NCBI GenBank assembly: GCA_016296505.1 | Contig: JAEDJD010000010.1 | Span: forward strand, 18,119 to 82,118 | Length of the DNA: 64,000 nt | DNA from: Oscillospiraceae bacterium | Lineage (GTDB): Bacteria; Bacillota; Clostridia; Oscillospirales; Ruminococcaceae | Direction of reading: 5' to 3' | Shown here: one piece after another, positions 26,373-35,893 of the stretch | How the letters are laid out: each line of letters starts with the position of its first letter | How positions within the stretch are numbered: the stretch's first letter is position 1 | Program-made: the position numbers and the translations under genes | The notes under the pieces: generated by a model | The model's database searches: none | What the model was told of the DNA's origin: nothing | Seen by the model: only the letters and a program-made list of their open reading frames with translations

Positions 26373-26975
26373 TTACATATTTTGTTTCAACCAGTTTGTC
26401 ACCTGTACCAACGCATGATGGCGATGGGACACCATATTTTTTTCGTTTGCGGGAATCTCAGCGAACGAGCGTCCCTGATAGCCGAACACGGGATCGTAGC
26501 CAAAGCCGTTTGCGCCGCGGCACTCGCGTAAAATCTCGCCCTCGACCTTACCTGCAAAGAAGTGCTGCACGCCATCCGGTGCAATCAGACACATCACACA
26601 GGCAAAATGCGCGCCGCGCCGATCATCGGGAACATTCTGCATTTCGCGCAGCAGCTTTTCGATCAAGTCGGCGTCGGGAGCGTTCTCTCCTGCCCATCGC
26701 GCCGAGCGAACACCCGGCTCTCCGTTCAGCGCGTCCACAGAAAGTCCGCTGTCATCGGCAAGCACGAAGCACTGCTCACCTTTTTCCAGCGCAAGCTGCC
26801 GGATACATTCCGCTTTGATCGCAGCGTTTTCAGCGAATGTCGCACCGGTTTCTTCGGCGTCGGCGTCATATCCGGCCTCTCGCTGTGAAACAACCGAAAT
26901 CTCTGTATCTTCGAGCATTTCTCGAATCTCTCGCAGTTTATTTTTATTATTGGTTGCAAGGATCAGTTTCATCAT
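26373..26975 (-). CDS. rdgB: XTP/dITP diphosphatase (Ham1/RdgB)
   Basis: 'KLILATNNKNKLREI', 'DDSGL.VDAL.G.PGV.SAR' and 'GFGYDPVF'. Confidence 0.9.
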   Translation of the reverse strand: MMKLILATNNKNKLREIREMLEDTEISVVSQREAGYDADAEETGATFAENAAIKAECIRQLALEKGEQCFVLADDSGLSVDALNGEPGVRSARWAGENAPDADLIEKLLREMQNVPDDRRGAHFACVMCLIAPDGVQHFFAGKVEGEILRECRGANGFGYDPVFGYQGRSFAEIPANEKNMVSHRHHALVQVTNWLKQNM

Positions 26976-26984
26976 GATACCTCA

Positions 26985-28355
26985 TTATTTTTTACGCTTG
27001 AAAAAGCTAAAGAAGCCTTTTTTCTTCTTCTCCGGCTGCTCGGTTGATTCATCCGTGTCAGACGGCTCTGCGTCTTTCTTTTCATAAGAAATCAGCGGCA
27101 GCATACCTTCCTCTGGCGGAATGCGCTCATCCACAGGAAGTCTCTCCTCCTCCGGCAGCCATTCGCTCAGCGGAATACCTTCGGATTCAAGTTCTGCGGC
27201 TTCGTTGACGCTTTCAACAGTATTTCCAACCATTTCAACAGTATCCGCAGAGATATCTGCAACTGTTTCCGCGACCTCCGCGTCTTCTTCAACCGTTTCA
27301 ACAGCATTCTCGACGTCATCTTCAACTATTTCAACAATTTCCTCGGTCGCTTCATCGTCAAATACTTCATCCACATTTTCTATCATATCCTCTGATACTT
27401 CGTCAACAGTATCATTGAATTTCTCAGTATTTTCAGCAGAATCCATATCTCGTTCAAAGAGCGCGTCAATAAAGCTGCGCGCCTCGAACGGCTGCAAATC
27501 GTCGATACCCTCGCCGACGCCGATCAATTTGACAGGAATATTCAGTTCATTTTTAATAGAGATTACGATACCGCCCTTTGCCGTACCATCGAGCTTTGTG
27601 AGGACGATACCAGTAATCGGCGCAACCTCCTGAAAAAGTCTTGCCTGATTGACTGCGTTCTGACCGGTTGTTGCGTCGAGCACGAGCAGACATTCCTTCG
27701 CACAGCCCTCAGCCTCGCGGTCAATGATACGGTTAATTTTTGCAAGCTCCTGCATGAGGTTTTTCTTATTATGGAGTCTGCCAGCGGTATCGCAGATCAC
27801 GACGTCACAGCCGCGCGCCTTGGCAGCAGTAATCGCGTCAAAGACGACAGCCGCCGGATCGCTGCCTTCAGCATGACGTACAAGTTCCGTTTCGGAACGG
27901 TCTGTCCAGATCTGAAGCTGATCAATCGCCGCCGCACGAAACGTATCCGCAGCCGCAACCAGAACACGCTTGCCGTCGTTTTTAAACTGATGGCAAAGCT
28001 TTCCGATCGTCGTTGTTTTACCTGCGCCGTTGACACCGATTACAAGAATGACCGAAGGCGTTGTCGAGAGGTCCAGTCCCTCATCGGCGCCGAGCATACC
28101 GGTCGTGATCTCCTGAATCAGCCCCATGATATCGTTGGGATTGGTGATGCCGCGCTCCTTGACCATATCGCGGAGCTGATCACAGATCTGAATCGCCGTA
28201 TCTGCGCCCATATCGCCCATAATCATTGTTTCTTCGAGCTGCTCAAAAAGTTCCTCGTCAATCTTGGTAAACGAGCCGAGCATCCGGCGCATTCCCTTGA
28301 TGACGCTGTCTCTTGTTTTTTTCAGTCCATCACGTATCTTCTGAAAAATTCCCAT
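26985..28355 (-). CDS. ftsY: signal recognition particle receptor FtsY with C-terminal acidic extension
   Basis: NG domain at the N-terminus ('GVNGAGKTTTIGKL', 'DTAGRL', 'TKLDGTAKGG'). It is followed by about 150 aa of acidic sequence ending 'KKKKGFFSFFKRKK'. Start at ATG 28355 (SD GGAGTG). Confidence 0.9.
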   Translation of the reverse strand: MGIFQKIRDGLKKTRDSVIKGMRRMLGSFTKIDEELFEQLEETMIMGDMGADTAIQICDQLRDMVKERGITNPNDIMGLIQEITTGMLGADEGLDLSTTPSVILVIGVNGAGKTTTIGKLCHQFKNDGKRVLVAAADTFRAAAIDQLQIWTDRSETELVRHAEGSDPAAVVFDAITAAKARGCDVVICDTAGRLHNKKNLMQELAKINRIIDREAEGCAKECLLVLDATTGQNAVNQARLFQEVAPITGIVLTKLDGTAKGGIVISIKNELNIPVKLIGVGEGIDDLQPFEARSFIDALFERDMDSAENTEKFNDTVDEVSEDMIENVDEVFDDEATEEIVEIVEDDVENAVETVEEDAEVAETVADISADTVEMVGNTVESVNEAAELESEGIPLSEWLPEEERLPVDERIPPEEGMLPLISYEKKDAEPSDTDESTEQPEKKKKGFFSFFKRKK

Positions 28356-28455
28356 CGTTATCACTCCAATTCTGTTTGATCGCATCAAGAAAGCGGTATA
28401 AAACCAGTTTGTCTATCATTGCTGACTGATCCCTTTACACGAAATCAAGCGTACC

Positions 28456-31400
28456 TTATTCGGTGATTGCCACGCCATTCTGGTCGAGCCGCAGGAGTCG
28501 TGAAACGCCGTCCTCCTGCATGGTCACGCCATAAAGCACATTGGCTTCATCCATCGCCGAACGTCTGTGCGTCACGACAACAAACTGTACGCTGCCAAAG
28601 AAATGCTTGAGATATTGCGCATATTTGCGAACATTTACCTCGTCGAGCGCCGCGTCGATCTCATCGAGTATACAGAACGGTGCCGGACGCAGTTTCAATA
28701 TCGCAAAATAAATACAAATCGCAACAAAAGACTGTTCTCCGCCGGAAAGCGAAATCAAATTTTTGATCACCTTACCGGGAGGAGCAACCTTAATCTCAAT
28801 GCCGGATTCCAGAATATGCTCCGGATCGGTCAATTCAAGCGAAGCGGAACCGCCGCCGAACAGTTCGACAAAGATTTCGCCGAAATAGCGGTTTATTTTC
28901 ACGAAGCTCTCCTGAAAAATCGCACACATATCGGTTGTCAGGCGCTCGATGAGCTGCTCCAATTCGGATTTCGCGGTTTCGATATCCTTGATCTGACCGG
29001 TCATAAAGCGATAGCGTTCGGACACTTCTTTGTACTCATCGACCGCCGCAACATTGACCGAACCGAGCGCACGGATACGATTTTTCAAGGAACTCAGCTG
29101 TTTTTCCGCCTCGCCGACATTTTCAATCGGCTCAGCCTGCGTTTCCGCCTCGGAACGGGTCAGCTCATAGGAATCCTGCAAGCGGAACACGAGATCGTCA
29201 ATCTCCTTCTGTACGTTCTCCTTACGCTCCTCGATACGCGTGCGATCGAGGGATTGCTTTTCTCTGGCGTCGCGCAGAGTATCCATACCCCTGCGAATAT
29301 CATTGGTATGCTTTTCTTTTTCATCATGGACACGGCGCAGCTTTCCGATTTCGTTTTGCATCTCGGTAATTGCAGCGCGTCTTGCGTCCTGACCGTCTGT
29401 TAATTCTTTGATGGCGGATTTTTTTTCGGCGATATTCTTCTGTTCAAGACGAATATGATCCGCGATTTCAGCGAGCTGATCGGCAGCCTGTTCCATATTT
29501 TTCGCAATAGAAATCCGGCGGTGACGTTCTGATTCGAGATCCTTTGCAAGCTCCGCCTGTTTAATTTTCTGATCGGCGATGGTATGCGAGAGCATTGCCT
29601 GATCGCTTTGGAGCTTCGTCTGCGATTCCGAATCCGACTGCAATTTTGCAGCCGCGTCCGCAATATTTGCTGTAAGCGCCAAGAGTTGCTGTTCGGCGTC
29701 TGCACGGGAAGTCTCCAGAAGCGCAATCTTCTCGATGAGCTTCGCGCGCTGTTCCGCTTCATTTTCCTGCCATGCTTTATCCGAAGCCTCACGAATTTTC
29801 AGAGCAGCGAGCTGCTGCTGCAAGTCATTCTGCAGCGCCTGAGACTCTGTCATAAGCGCCTGCGCACCCTCGATATCGGTAAGCAGCTTTGCCCATTCGG
29901 CTTTCCGTTTGGCAGCCTCTGCCTTATATGATTGCATTTCCGTTTCGAGTGATTTGAGCCTTGCATTGGTCTCCTCGATTTCGTGGGTACGGGTAATCAC
30001 ACCGGCAGATCTTGCCGCCGATCCGCCCGAATACGAACCGCCGGCGTGCACAACCTGACCGTCGAGCGTAACGATCCGGAATTTATACTGAAACTGTCTG
30101 GCAATACGCGAAGCCGCGTCAATATCCTCCGCCACAGCGATACGGCCAAGCAGACTTTCCATGACATTGCGATAGATGCCATCAAACCCGACAAGGTCGC
30201 AGGCAAGCGCTACAAAGCCGTCAACGTCGTCGAGCCGTTCATGCAGTCTGCCGCCGCGGATGGTTGTCAGCGGCAGAAAAGTTGCTCTGCCGCCTCTGAT
30301 TTCCTTCAAGTAGCGAATACAGCGTTTTGCAGTTTCCTCATTTTCGACGATCAGATTTTGCAAAGCGCCGCCGAGTGCGGTTTCGATTGCCGTACCATAC
30401 TGCGGTTCAACGGTAATACGCTGCGCGACCGTTCCATGCACGCCGCCGAGTCTGCCGCTGCCGGCGACCTTGAGAATCTGCCGCACGCTTCCGGCATAAC
30501 CCTCCATATTCTGTTCGAGATCGCGCAAAATACGCTGTTTCTGCTGAGTATTTGCATATTCGGCATTACATTTGCTGACGGCGTCCTGCGCCTGCTGAAA
30601 CTTCTGTTCACGAATATCAGCAAGCTGCCGGAATCCATTCAGACGATTTTGCTGCTCTACAAATTTTTGCGCAGCGGCGTCTATTTTTTTTTGCAGCTTT
30701 TGTTCCTCTCTGGCATATTGCTGCAGCCGTTCGGAAACGGACGCGCCATCGGCTTCTGCCTGCTGCATGGTATCCTTTGTTTCCGTCAGATCACGTTCAA
30801 AGCCTGCGAGCCGGACGCGCTGTGCATTCTCCTGCAAATAGAGTTCACGAAGCGCAGAATCCTGTTGACTGATGGCGTAATTCTGCGTTTCATTTTGTAT
30901 GGCAAGCGCTTCGAGCTGCTGTAACTGCGCGGCAATTTCCTGTTCAAGGACGGTCTGCTGACTGACAAGCGATTTGATATAGCGATCCTGCTCGGCAAGC
31001 CTGCGTTCCCATTCGCCATCCGAATCAGAAAGCTCTGTCCGTCTGCGTTCAAGATCAGCAATTTTCTCGCTGCTATGTGCGATTTCGTTATTGCAGACAG
31101 CGATATTCGCGGTCACGCCAGCATTTTCCTGCTCCGATGCGACAATTTTATTTTGCAGCGTTTCGATATCGACAGTCGCCTGCTGCATATCCTGAAACGC
31201 AAGGTCAAGCTTTTCCTGTTCACGCTGCAAATCGTTTTGCAGATTCTCACATTCTGCGGTCAGCTGCAGATAGCGTTCGGAAAGCGCATCAAGCTGAGCC
31301 GTCTGTTTTCCCAGACGATACACCCAAAACGATACTTCGAGCGTCTTACGCTCTGCGGCAAGCACGAGATACTTTTCAGCCTTTTCAGCCTGTGATTTCA

Positions 31401-32013
31401 ACGGTCCGATACGGCTTTCGAGTTCCGCGACAATATCGGTCAGGCGCAGGAGATTATCCTGTGCCTGAGAAAGCTTTCGTTCAGCCTCCTGTTTCCGGTA
31501 GCGGAATTTCGAGACGCCGGCAGCTTCTTCAAAGATATCACGGCGTTCATTGGATTTCGCGCCGACAATCTCAGCGATTCTGCCCTGTCCGATAATCGCA
31601 TAGCCGTCCCTGCCGAGACCGGTATCCATAAACAGCTCATTGACATCCTTCAAACGGACGTTTCTGCCGTTGATGAGATATTCGCTATCGCCGCTGCGAT
31701 ACAGCCGTCTGGTTACAGCGACCTCGTCTTCGGGTTCATTCAAACGATGATCGCTGTTATCAATGGTCAGCGTAACGGCGGCAAAGCCCATTTGTTTACG
31801 GGTTTTCGTACCGGAGAATATGACATCCTCCATACTTTTTCCGCGCAATTCTTTGGTTGATTGCTCACCGAGCACCCATCGCACTGCGTCGCCGATATTG
31901 CTCTTGCCGCTTCCATTCGGACCGACAACAGCGGTCAAACCCTCGTCAAAGGTCAGCGATATCTTATCGGGAAACGATTTGAAGCCTTGCAGCTCCAATG
32001 ATTTCAAATACAT
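28456..32013 (-). CDS. smc: chromosome segregation protein SMC
   Basis: 1185 aa. 'LELQGFKSFPDK...GPNGSGKSN', long coiled coils, hinge, C-terminal 'LSGGE' and 'ILDEIDAALD'. Confidence 0.97.
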   Translation of the reverse strand: MYLKSLELQGFKSFPDKISLTFDEGLTAVVGPNGSGKSNIGDAVRWVLGEQSTKELRGKSMEDVIFSGTKTRKQMGFAAVTLTIDNSDHRLNEPEDEVAVTRRLYRSGDSEYLINGRNVRLKDVNELFMDTGLGRDGYAIIGQGRIAEIVGAKSNERRDIFEEAAGVSKFRYRKQEAERKLSQAQDNLLRLTDIVAELESRIGPLKSQAEKAEKYLVLAAERKTLEVSFWVYRLGKQTAQLDALSERYLQLTAECENLQNDLQREQEKLDLAFQDMQQATVDIETLQNKIVASEQENAGVTANIAVCNNEIAHSSEKIADLERRRTELSDSDGEWERRLAEQDRYIKSLVSQQTVLEQEIAAQLQQLEALAIQNETQNYAISQQDSALRELYLQENAQRVRLAGFERDLTETKDTMQQAEADGASVSERLQQYAREEQKLQKKIDAAAQKFVEQQNRLNGFRQLADIREQKFQQAQDAVSKCNAEYANTQQKQRILRDLEQNMEGYAGSVRQILKVAGSGRLGGVHGTVAQRITVEPQYGTAIETALGGALQNLIVENEETAKRCIRYLKEIRGGRATFLPLTTIRGGRLHERLDDVDGFVALACDLVGFDGIYRNVMESLLGRIAVAEDIDAASRIARQFQYKFRIVTLDGQVVHAGGSYSGGSAARSAGVITRTHEIEETNARLKSLETEMQSYKAEAAKRKAEWAKLLTDIEGAQALMTESQALQNDLQQQLAALKIREASDKAWQENEAEQRAKLIEKIALLETSRADAEQQLLALTANIADAAAKLQSDSESQTKLQSDQAMLSHTIADQKIKQAELAKDLESERHRRISIAKNMEQAADQLAEIADHIRLEQKNIAEKKSAIKELTDGQDARRAAITEMQNEIGKLRRVHDEKEKHTNDIRRGMDTLRDAREKQSLDRTRIEERKENVQKEIDDLVFRLQDSYELTRSEAETQAEPIENVGEAEKQLSSLKNRIRALGSVNVAAVDEYKEVSERYRFMTGQIKDIETAKSELEQLIERLTTDMCAIFQESFVKINRYFGEIFVELFGGGSASLELTDPEHILESGIEIKVAPPGKVIKNLISLSGGEQSFVAICIYFAILKLRPAPFCILDEIDAALDEVNVRKYAQYLKHFFGSVQFVVVTHRRSAMDEANVLYGVTMQEDGVSRLLRLDQNGVAITE

Positions 32014-32063
32014 ATATTTTGCATTCTCCAGTTTTACGAATCAGCCGTTTCTGCAGCTTCGGC

Positions 32064-32756
32064 TCACAGCTTTTCACCCATGAGAATCAGCGCTTCCTTC
32101 GCAGCCATCTGCTCTGCAATTTTCTTAGATTTGCCGACGCCTCTGCCAATCACATTGGAATTGAGCCGAACCTCCATGCGGAACTGCTTTGCATGATCGG
32201 GTCCTTCCTCGCCGACAAGCACATATTCGACGTGCTCCTCAGGATTTTGCTGAATGACCTCCTGCAAAGCGGTCTTGTAGTCACGAAACACCTCCGAGGG
32301 ACGATCGAAATGCTCCGGCAAAAACTGTAGGATATAAGGTGTAACAGCGTCCATACCGCCATCGAGAAACATAGCTGCAATAACAGCCTCAAAGGCGTCG
32401 GAGAGGATGGAAGGACGCGATCTGCCGCCGGACTGATCCTCACCGTGACCGAGCAGGAGATAGTCTCCCAGCCCGATGACCTTCGCCCATTCAAACAGAG
32501 ATTTCTCGCAGACGAGCGAGGCACGAATTTTCGTGAGTTCCCCCTCTGGCAGCTCCGTACAATTCTGAAACAGATGATTGGATACGACGATCGAGAGCAC
32601 ACTGTCGCCGAGAAATTCCAGACGTTCATTACAGCGCAGTGTGCCGCGTTTTTCATTTGCATATGAAGAATGGCAGAGCGCCTCTGTCAGCAGATTTGGA
32701 TTTTTGAAGCGGTAGCCGATTTTTTCTTCCAGCCCCGACTGTGATTGGACTTTCAT
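32064..32756 (-). CDS. rnc: ribonuclease III
   Basis: 'NERLEFLGDSVL' catalytic signature plus a dsRBD. Start at ATG 32756 (SD AGGGGGG). Confidence 0.93.
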   Translation of the reverse strand: MKVQSQSGLEEKIGYRFKNPNLLTEALCHSSYANEKRGTLRCNERLEFLGDSVLSIVVSNHLFQNCTELPEGELTKIRASLVCEKSLFEWAKVIGLGDYLLLGHGEDQSGGRSRPSILSDAFEAVIAAMFLDGGMDAVTPYILQFLPEHFDRPSEVFRDYKTALQEVIQQNPEEHVEYVLVGEEGPDHAKQFRMEVRLNSNVIGRGVGKSKKIAEQMAAKEALILMGEKL

Positions 32757-32812
32757 AGCAATACCCCCCTGCATGAGATTCTGCGAATCGGAATGCGCAA
32801 TAGCATGAACGA

Positions 32813-33823
32813 TCAGGCTTCGTCTGCGGCCTGGCGTTCCTTACGGGCAGCCAACGCTGCGATAATCGTCTCGCAGATTTTGCCGTCCACGCAGCCCTGC
32901 GCCTGCCGGATTGCATGGAAAAACGCTTCTCCATTTGAGCTGCCATGCGCCTTAATGACGGGCTTTGTAATACCGAGCAGCACTGCGCCGCCGACCTTTT
33001 TATAATCGAACGAATCTTTAAAGCTATTGATTTTGTCCATCATAAAGAGCGCGCCGATTTTTCCGGCGCCGGAGAACATCTCTTTGAGCTTGCCGGCGAA
33101 AAATTTACCGAGTCCTTCATAGAGTTTCAGCACAATATTTCCGGTAAAGCCGTCGGTCACAAGCACATCGGCTGTACCGGCAGGAATATCTCTCGCCTCG
33201 ATATTTCCGACAAAATTGAGGTCGCTTTTTTCGAGCAGCTGATAGGTCTCCTGTTCCAGCTCACGACCCTTGCAGGGTTCTGCGCCGTTATTGATGATCG
33301 CGGTGCGCGGATTCTGGATTTGCATGACCTTTTCCATATAAACGCTGCCCATCACGGCAAACTGTTCGAGCATTTCCGGTCTGCATTCAAGATTTGCTCC
33401 GCCGTCCATCAGAATCGCATGACCGGAAGCGGTCGGCAGCAGCGGCGCCATCGCAGCGCGCTTAATGCCCTTAATCCGGCGCGGAATCATAGTCGCACCG
33501 ACAAGCAGCGCGCCGGAATTTCCGGCAGATACGAAAGCGTCGCCCTTACCGTCCGCAAGCGCCTGCAAGCCGATCGCCATAGAGCAATTCTTTTTACTTT
33601 TCACGACCTCGGTAGGCTGATCCTCCATTGTGATCACTTCCTCCGTATGAAGAAACGATATGCCGTCCAAGGCGATTTCGTGTTCCTTTGCGAGCGCACG
33701 GATCTGATTTTCATTGCCGCTGAGGATAACCTCCACGCCAAGCTCCCGAACTGCTCTTGCAGCGCCCTCCAAGGGGCTAAGCGGAGCATGATCGCCGCCC
33801 ATTGCATCCAAAATAATTCTCAT
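32813..33823 (-). CDS. plsX: phosphate acyltransferase PlsX
   Basis: 'MRIILDAMGGDHAP'. Start at ATG 33823; the track ORF extends 33 codons upstream. Confidence 0.93.
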   Translation of the reverse strand: MRIILDAMGGDHAPLSPLEGAARAVRELGVEVILSGNENQIRALAKEHEIALDGISFLHTEEVITMEDQPTEVVKSKKNCSMAIGLQALADGKGDAFVSAGNSGALLVGATMIPRRIKGIKRAAMAPLLPTASGHAILMDGGANLECRPEMLEQFAVMGSVYMEKVMQIQNPRTAIINNGAEPCKGRELEQETYQLLEKSDLNFVGNIEARDIPAGTADVLVTDGFTGNIVLKLYEGLGKFFAGKLKEMFSGAGKIGALFMMDKINSFKDSFDYKKVGGAVLLGITKPVIKAHGSSNGEAFFHAIRQAQGCVDGKICETIIAALAARKERQAADEA

Positions 33824-33837
33824 GATATCATCCTCGT

Positions 33838-34077
33838 TTATTCGTTCAGACTGTAGATACGGATGGATTCCACTGTACCGTTTCTGGCTGAAAATGCAAT
33901 ACGGATACTCTCTGTCCGACATTCAGCTATGATTTTCTCTCCGTCATCTGTGACATCACCGATCTGCGCGGCAAGTTCTTCCACGGTCGAACCGATTGTC
34001 ACGCAGTTCATACTGATCGGATAGCGTTCTTTTTCGTCCTCTGTGACGACAATCCATTTTGTATCGAACGCCAGCAT
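33838..34077 (-). CDS. hypothetical small protein
   Basis: 79-aa ORF with a weak SD. No family recognised. Confidence 0.35.
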   Translation of the reverse strand: MLAFDTKWIVVTEDEKERYPISMNCVTIGSTVEELAAQIGDVTDDGEKIIAECRTESIRIAFSARNGTVESIRIYSLNE

Positions 34078-34086
34078 ATTCGGTAC

Positions 34087-34560
34087 CTAAGACTCAGGTA
34101 TGCTGTCATCCGCAAACAGATCATTCAGAAGCAGAGAGCTTCTATGCAGATGCAGACTGTCACAGAAAATGCTGTCCGCATAGTTTTCATAATACGCCGC
34201 ATCTTCGCCAAACAGATCGTAGCCGTACTGCAGTTCCGACAGACAGAACGGCATCTTCGGCGTCTTTCCAACAGTCGACACGACCGGCAGCAGCGTTTCA
34301 TCCGTCCAACCCGCCTCCGGGATTGGAACGGGCTTCATTGTGTGGATCGCAGAAATCCGTTGATCCGTTTCGATTCCCCACTCGCTTTTCGGCTCTGCTT
34401 CGGTCTGTGTTTCTTCCGATTCCGTTTCAGACGTCTCGGTACGAACCGGATTGGTATGATTTGCCAGCCGTTCATACGCAACACTCGATTGGTTTGCACA
34501 ACCCGTAAGCAGCAGTATACCGGCTGCCGCGAACAGCAGGACATTTCGGCGCGTCGTCAT
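34087..34560 (-). CDS. hypothetical lipoprotein
   Basis: SD GGAGAAG upstream of ATG 34560. 'MTTRRNVLLFAAAGILLLTGC' is a lipobox signal. The longer track ORF (to 34677) would overlap trmFO. Confidence 0.5.
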   Translation of the reverse strand: MTTRRNVLLFAAAGILLLTGCANQSSVAYERLANHTNPVRTETSETESEETQTEAEPKSEWGIETDQRISAIHTMKPVPIPEAGWTDETLLPVVSTVGKTPKMPFCLSELQYGYDLFGEDAAYYENYADSIFCDSLHLHRSSLLLNDLFADDSIPES

Positions 34561-34579
34561 TGACTTCTCCGTTTTCCCG

Positions 34580-35893
34580 TTAACATCGGTTGATCGTTTC
34601 ATCGAGCGCATGGAGCGCTCTCTCTGCATATGCCTGATATTTTTTCTGTTTGCCGTCCTTGCCGCGGAATTTGACATCGAGCGTTGGCAGAATGCCCATA
34701 TTCGCGCCCATCGGCTGCAAATTCTCCTGAAACGGATCGGTAATATACGCAGTCAGCGCACCGAGCATCGTTTCCGGCGGCAGAATCAGCGGTTTTTCGT
34801 TTTGGATTGTGCGTACCATATTCAGTCCTGCAAGAATTCCGCTGCCGGCAGATTCCATATAGCCCTCAACGCCGGTCATCTGTCCGGCAAACCGGATACG
34901 CGGCTCTTTACGGAGCGCATAAGTTTGATCGAGCAGCTTTGGTGAATCGAGAAAGCTGTTTCGGTGCATCACGCCATAGCGCACGAACTCTGCATTTTCA
35001 AGACCGGGAATCATTGAAAATACGCGTTTTTGTTCGCCCCACTTGAGATTCGTCTGAAATCCGACCAGATTCCAGAGCGTCCCCTCTCGATTTTCCTTAC
35101 GCAGCTGTACAACGGCATAGGGGCGCTTTCCGGTATGCGGATCGGTCAATCCGACCGGTTTCATCATACCATATCGAATCGCGTCCTCGCCGCGTTTTGC
35201 GAGCACCTCGACGGGCATACAGCCCTCGTAAACGTGAAGCGTTTCCTGCTCAAACGCATGGAGCTGCGCCGATTCCGCATGAATCAGCGCGTCATAAAAC
35301 GCAAGATATTCCTCTTTTGTCATCGGACAGTTGAGATAATCGGCAGTGCCTTTTCCATATCGTGACGCATAGAACGCCCTGTCCATTGACACGCTTTCCC
35401 CAGTTACAATCGGCGCTGCCGCGTCATAGAAATAGAGCGATTTGCCGGTCAGAGCTGCAATGGGTTCATGCAGCGCGTCCGAGGTCAACGGTCCGGTTGC
35501 AATGATGATATTGCCATCGGGAATTTCGGTCATTTCCTGATTCACAACGGTAATGAGGCTATGCGACCTGATTTTTTCTGTCACAAGCGCCGAGAAACGC
35601 TCTCTGTCCACAGCAAGCGCACCGCCCGCCTCAACCGCGCAAGCCTCTGCGCATGGCACAAGCAGAGAACCGAGTCTTCGCATCTCCTCTTTCAGCAAGC
35701 CGGCAGCGGAATCAACCCGCGCGGCTTTCAATGAATTGGAACAGACAAGCTCCGCAAAATCCGGCGAATGGTGCGCCGGAGAAAACTTCTGCGGCTTCAT
35801 TTCATAGAGCGTCACGGGAATCCCAGCCTGCGCGACCGCCCATGCAGCCTCGCAGCCTGCCATACCTGCTCCGATTACCGTAACGACGCTCAT
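34580..35893 (-). CDS. trmFO: methylenetetrahydrofolate--tRNA-(uracil54-C5)-methyltransferase
   Basis: 'VTVIGAGMAGCEAAW' FAD motif, 437 aa. Position after topA as in Bacillus. Confidence 0.92.
   Translation of the reverse strand: MSVVTVIGAGMAGCEAAWAVAQAGIPVTLYEMKPQKFSPAHHSPDFAELVCSNSLKAARVDSAAGLLKEEMRRLGSLLVPCAEACAVEAGGALAVDRERFSALVTEKIRSHSLITVVNQEMTEIPDGNIIIATGPLTSDALHEPIAALTGKSLYFYDAAAPIVTGESVSMDRAFYASRYGKGTADYLNCPMTKEEYLAFYDALIHAESAQLHAFEQETLHVYEGCMPVEVLAKRGEDAIRYGMMKPVGLTDPHTGKRPYAVVQLRKENREGTLWNLVGFQTNLKWGEQKRVFSMIPGLENAEFVRYGVMHRNSFLDSPKLLDQTYALRKEPRIRFAGQMTGVEGYMESAGSGILAGLNMVRTIQNEKPLILPPETMLGALTAYITDPFQENLQPMGANMGILPTLDVKFRGKDGKQKKYQAYAERALHALDETINRC

Noticed and set aside
27121-27633. 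170-aa Ser-rich plus-strand ORF.
   Set aside because: It is the complement of the GAx/GTx-rich codons of the FtsY acidic tail. It is pure low complexity with no SD.
32757-32812. Expected an acpP (or fab genes) between plsX and rnc, as in many Firmicutes.
   Set aside because: The gap is only 56 nt, so no ORF is possible. The gene is simply not at this locus.
34561-34677. The long version of ORF 34087-34677 (196 aa), overlapping trmFO by about 100 nt.
   Set aside because: The upstream 39 codons are Arg/Ser/Asn-rich and overlap the trmFO 3' end. An SD-preceded ATG at 34560 gives a clean lipoprotein signal peptide.
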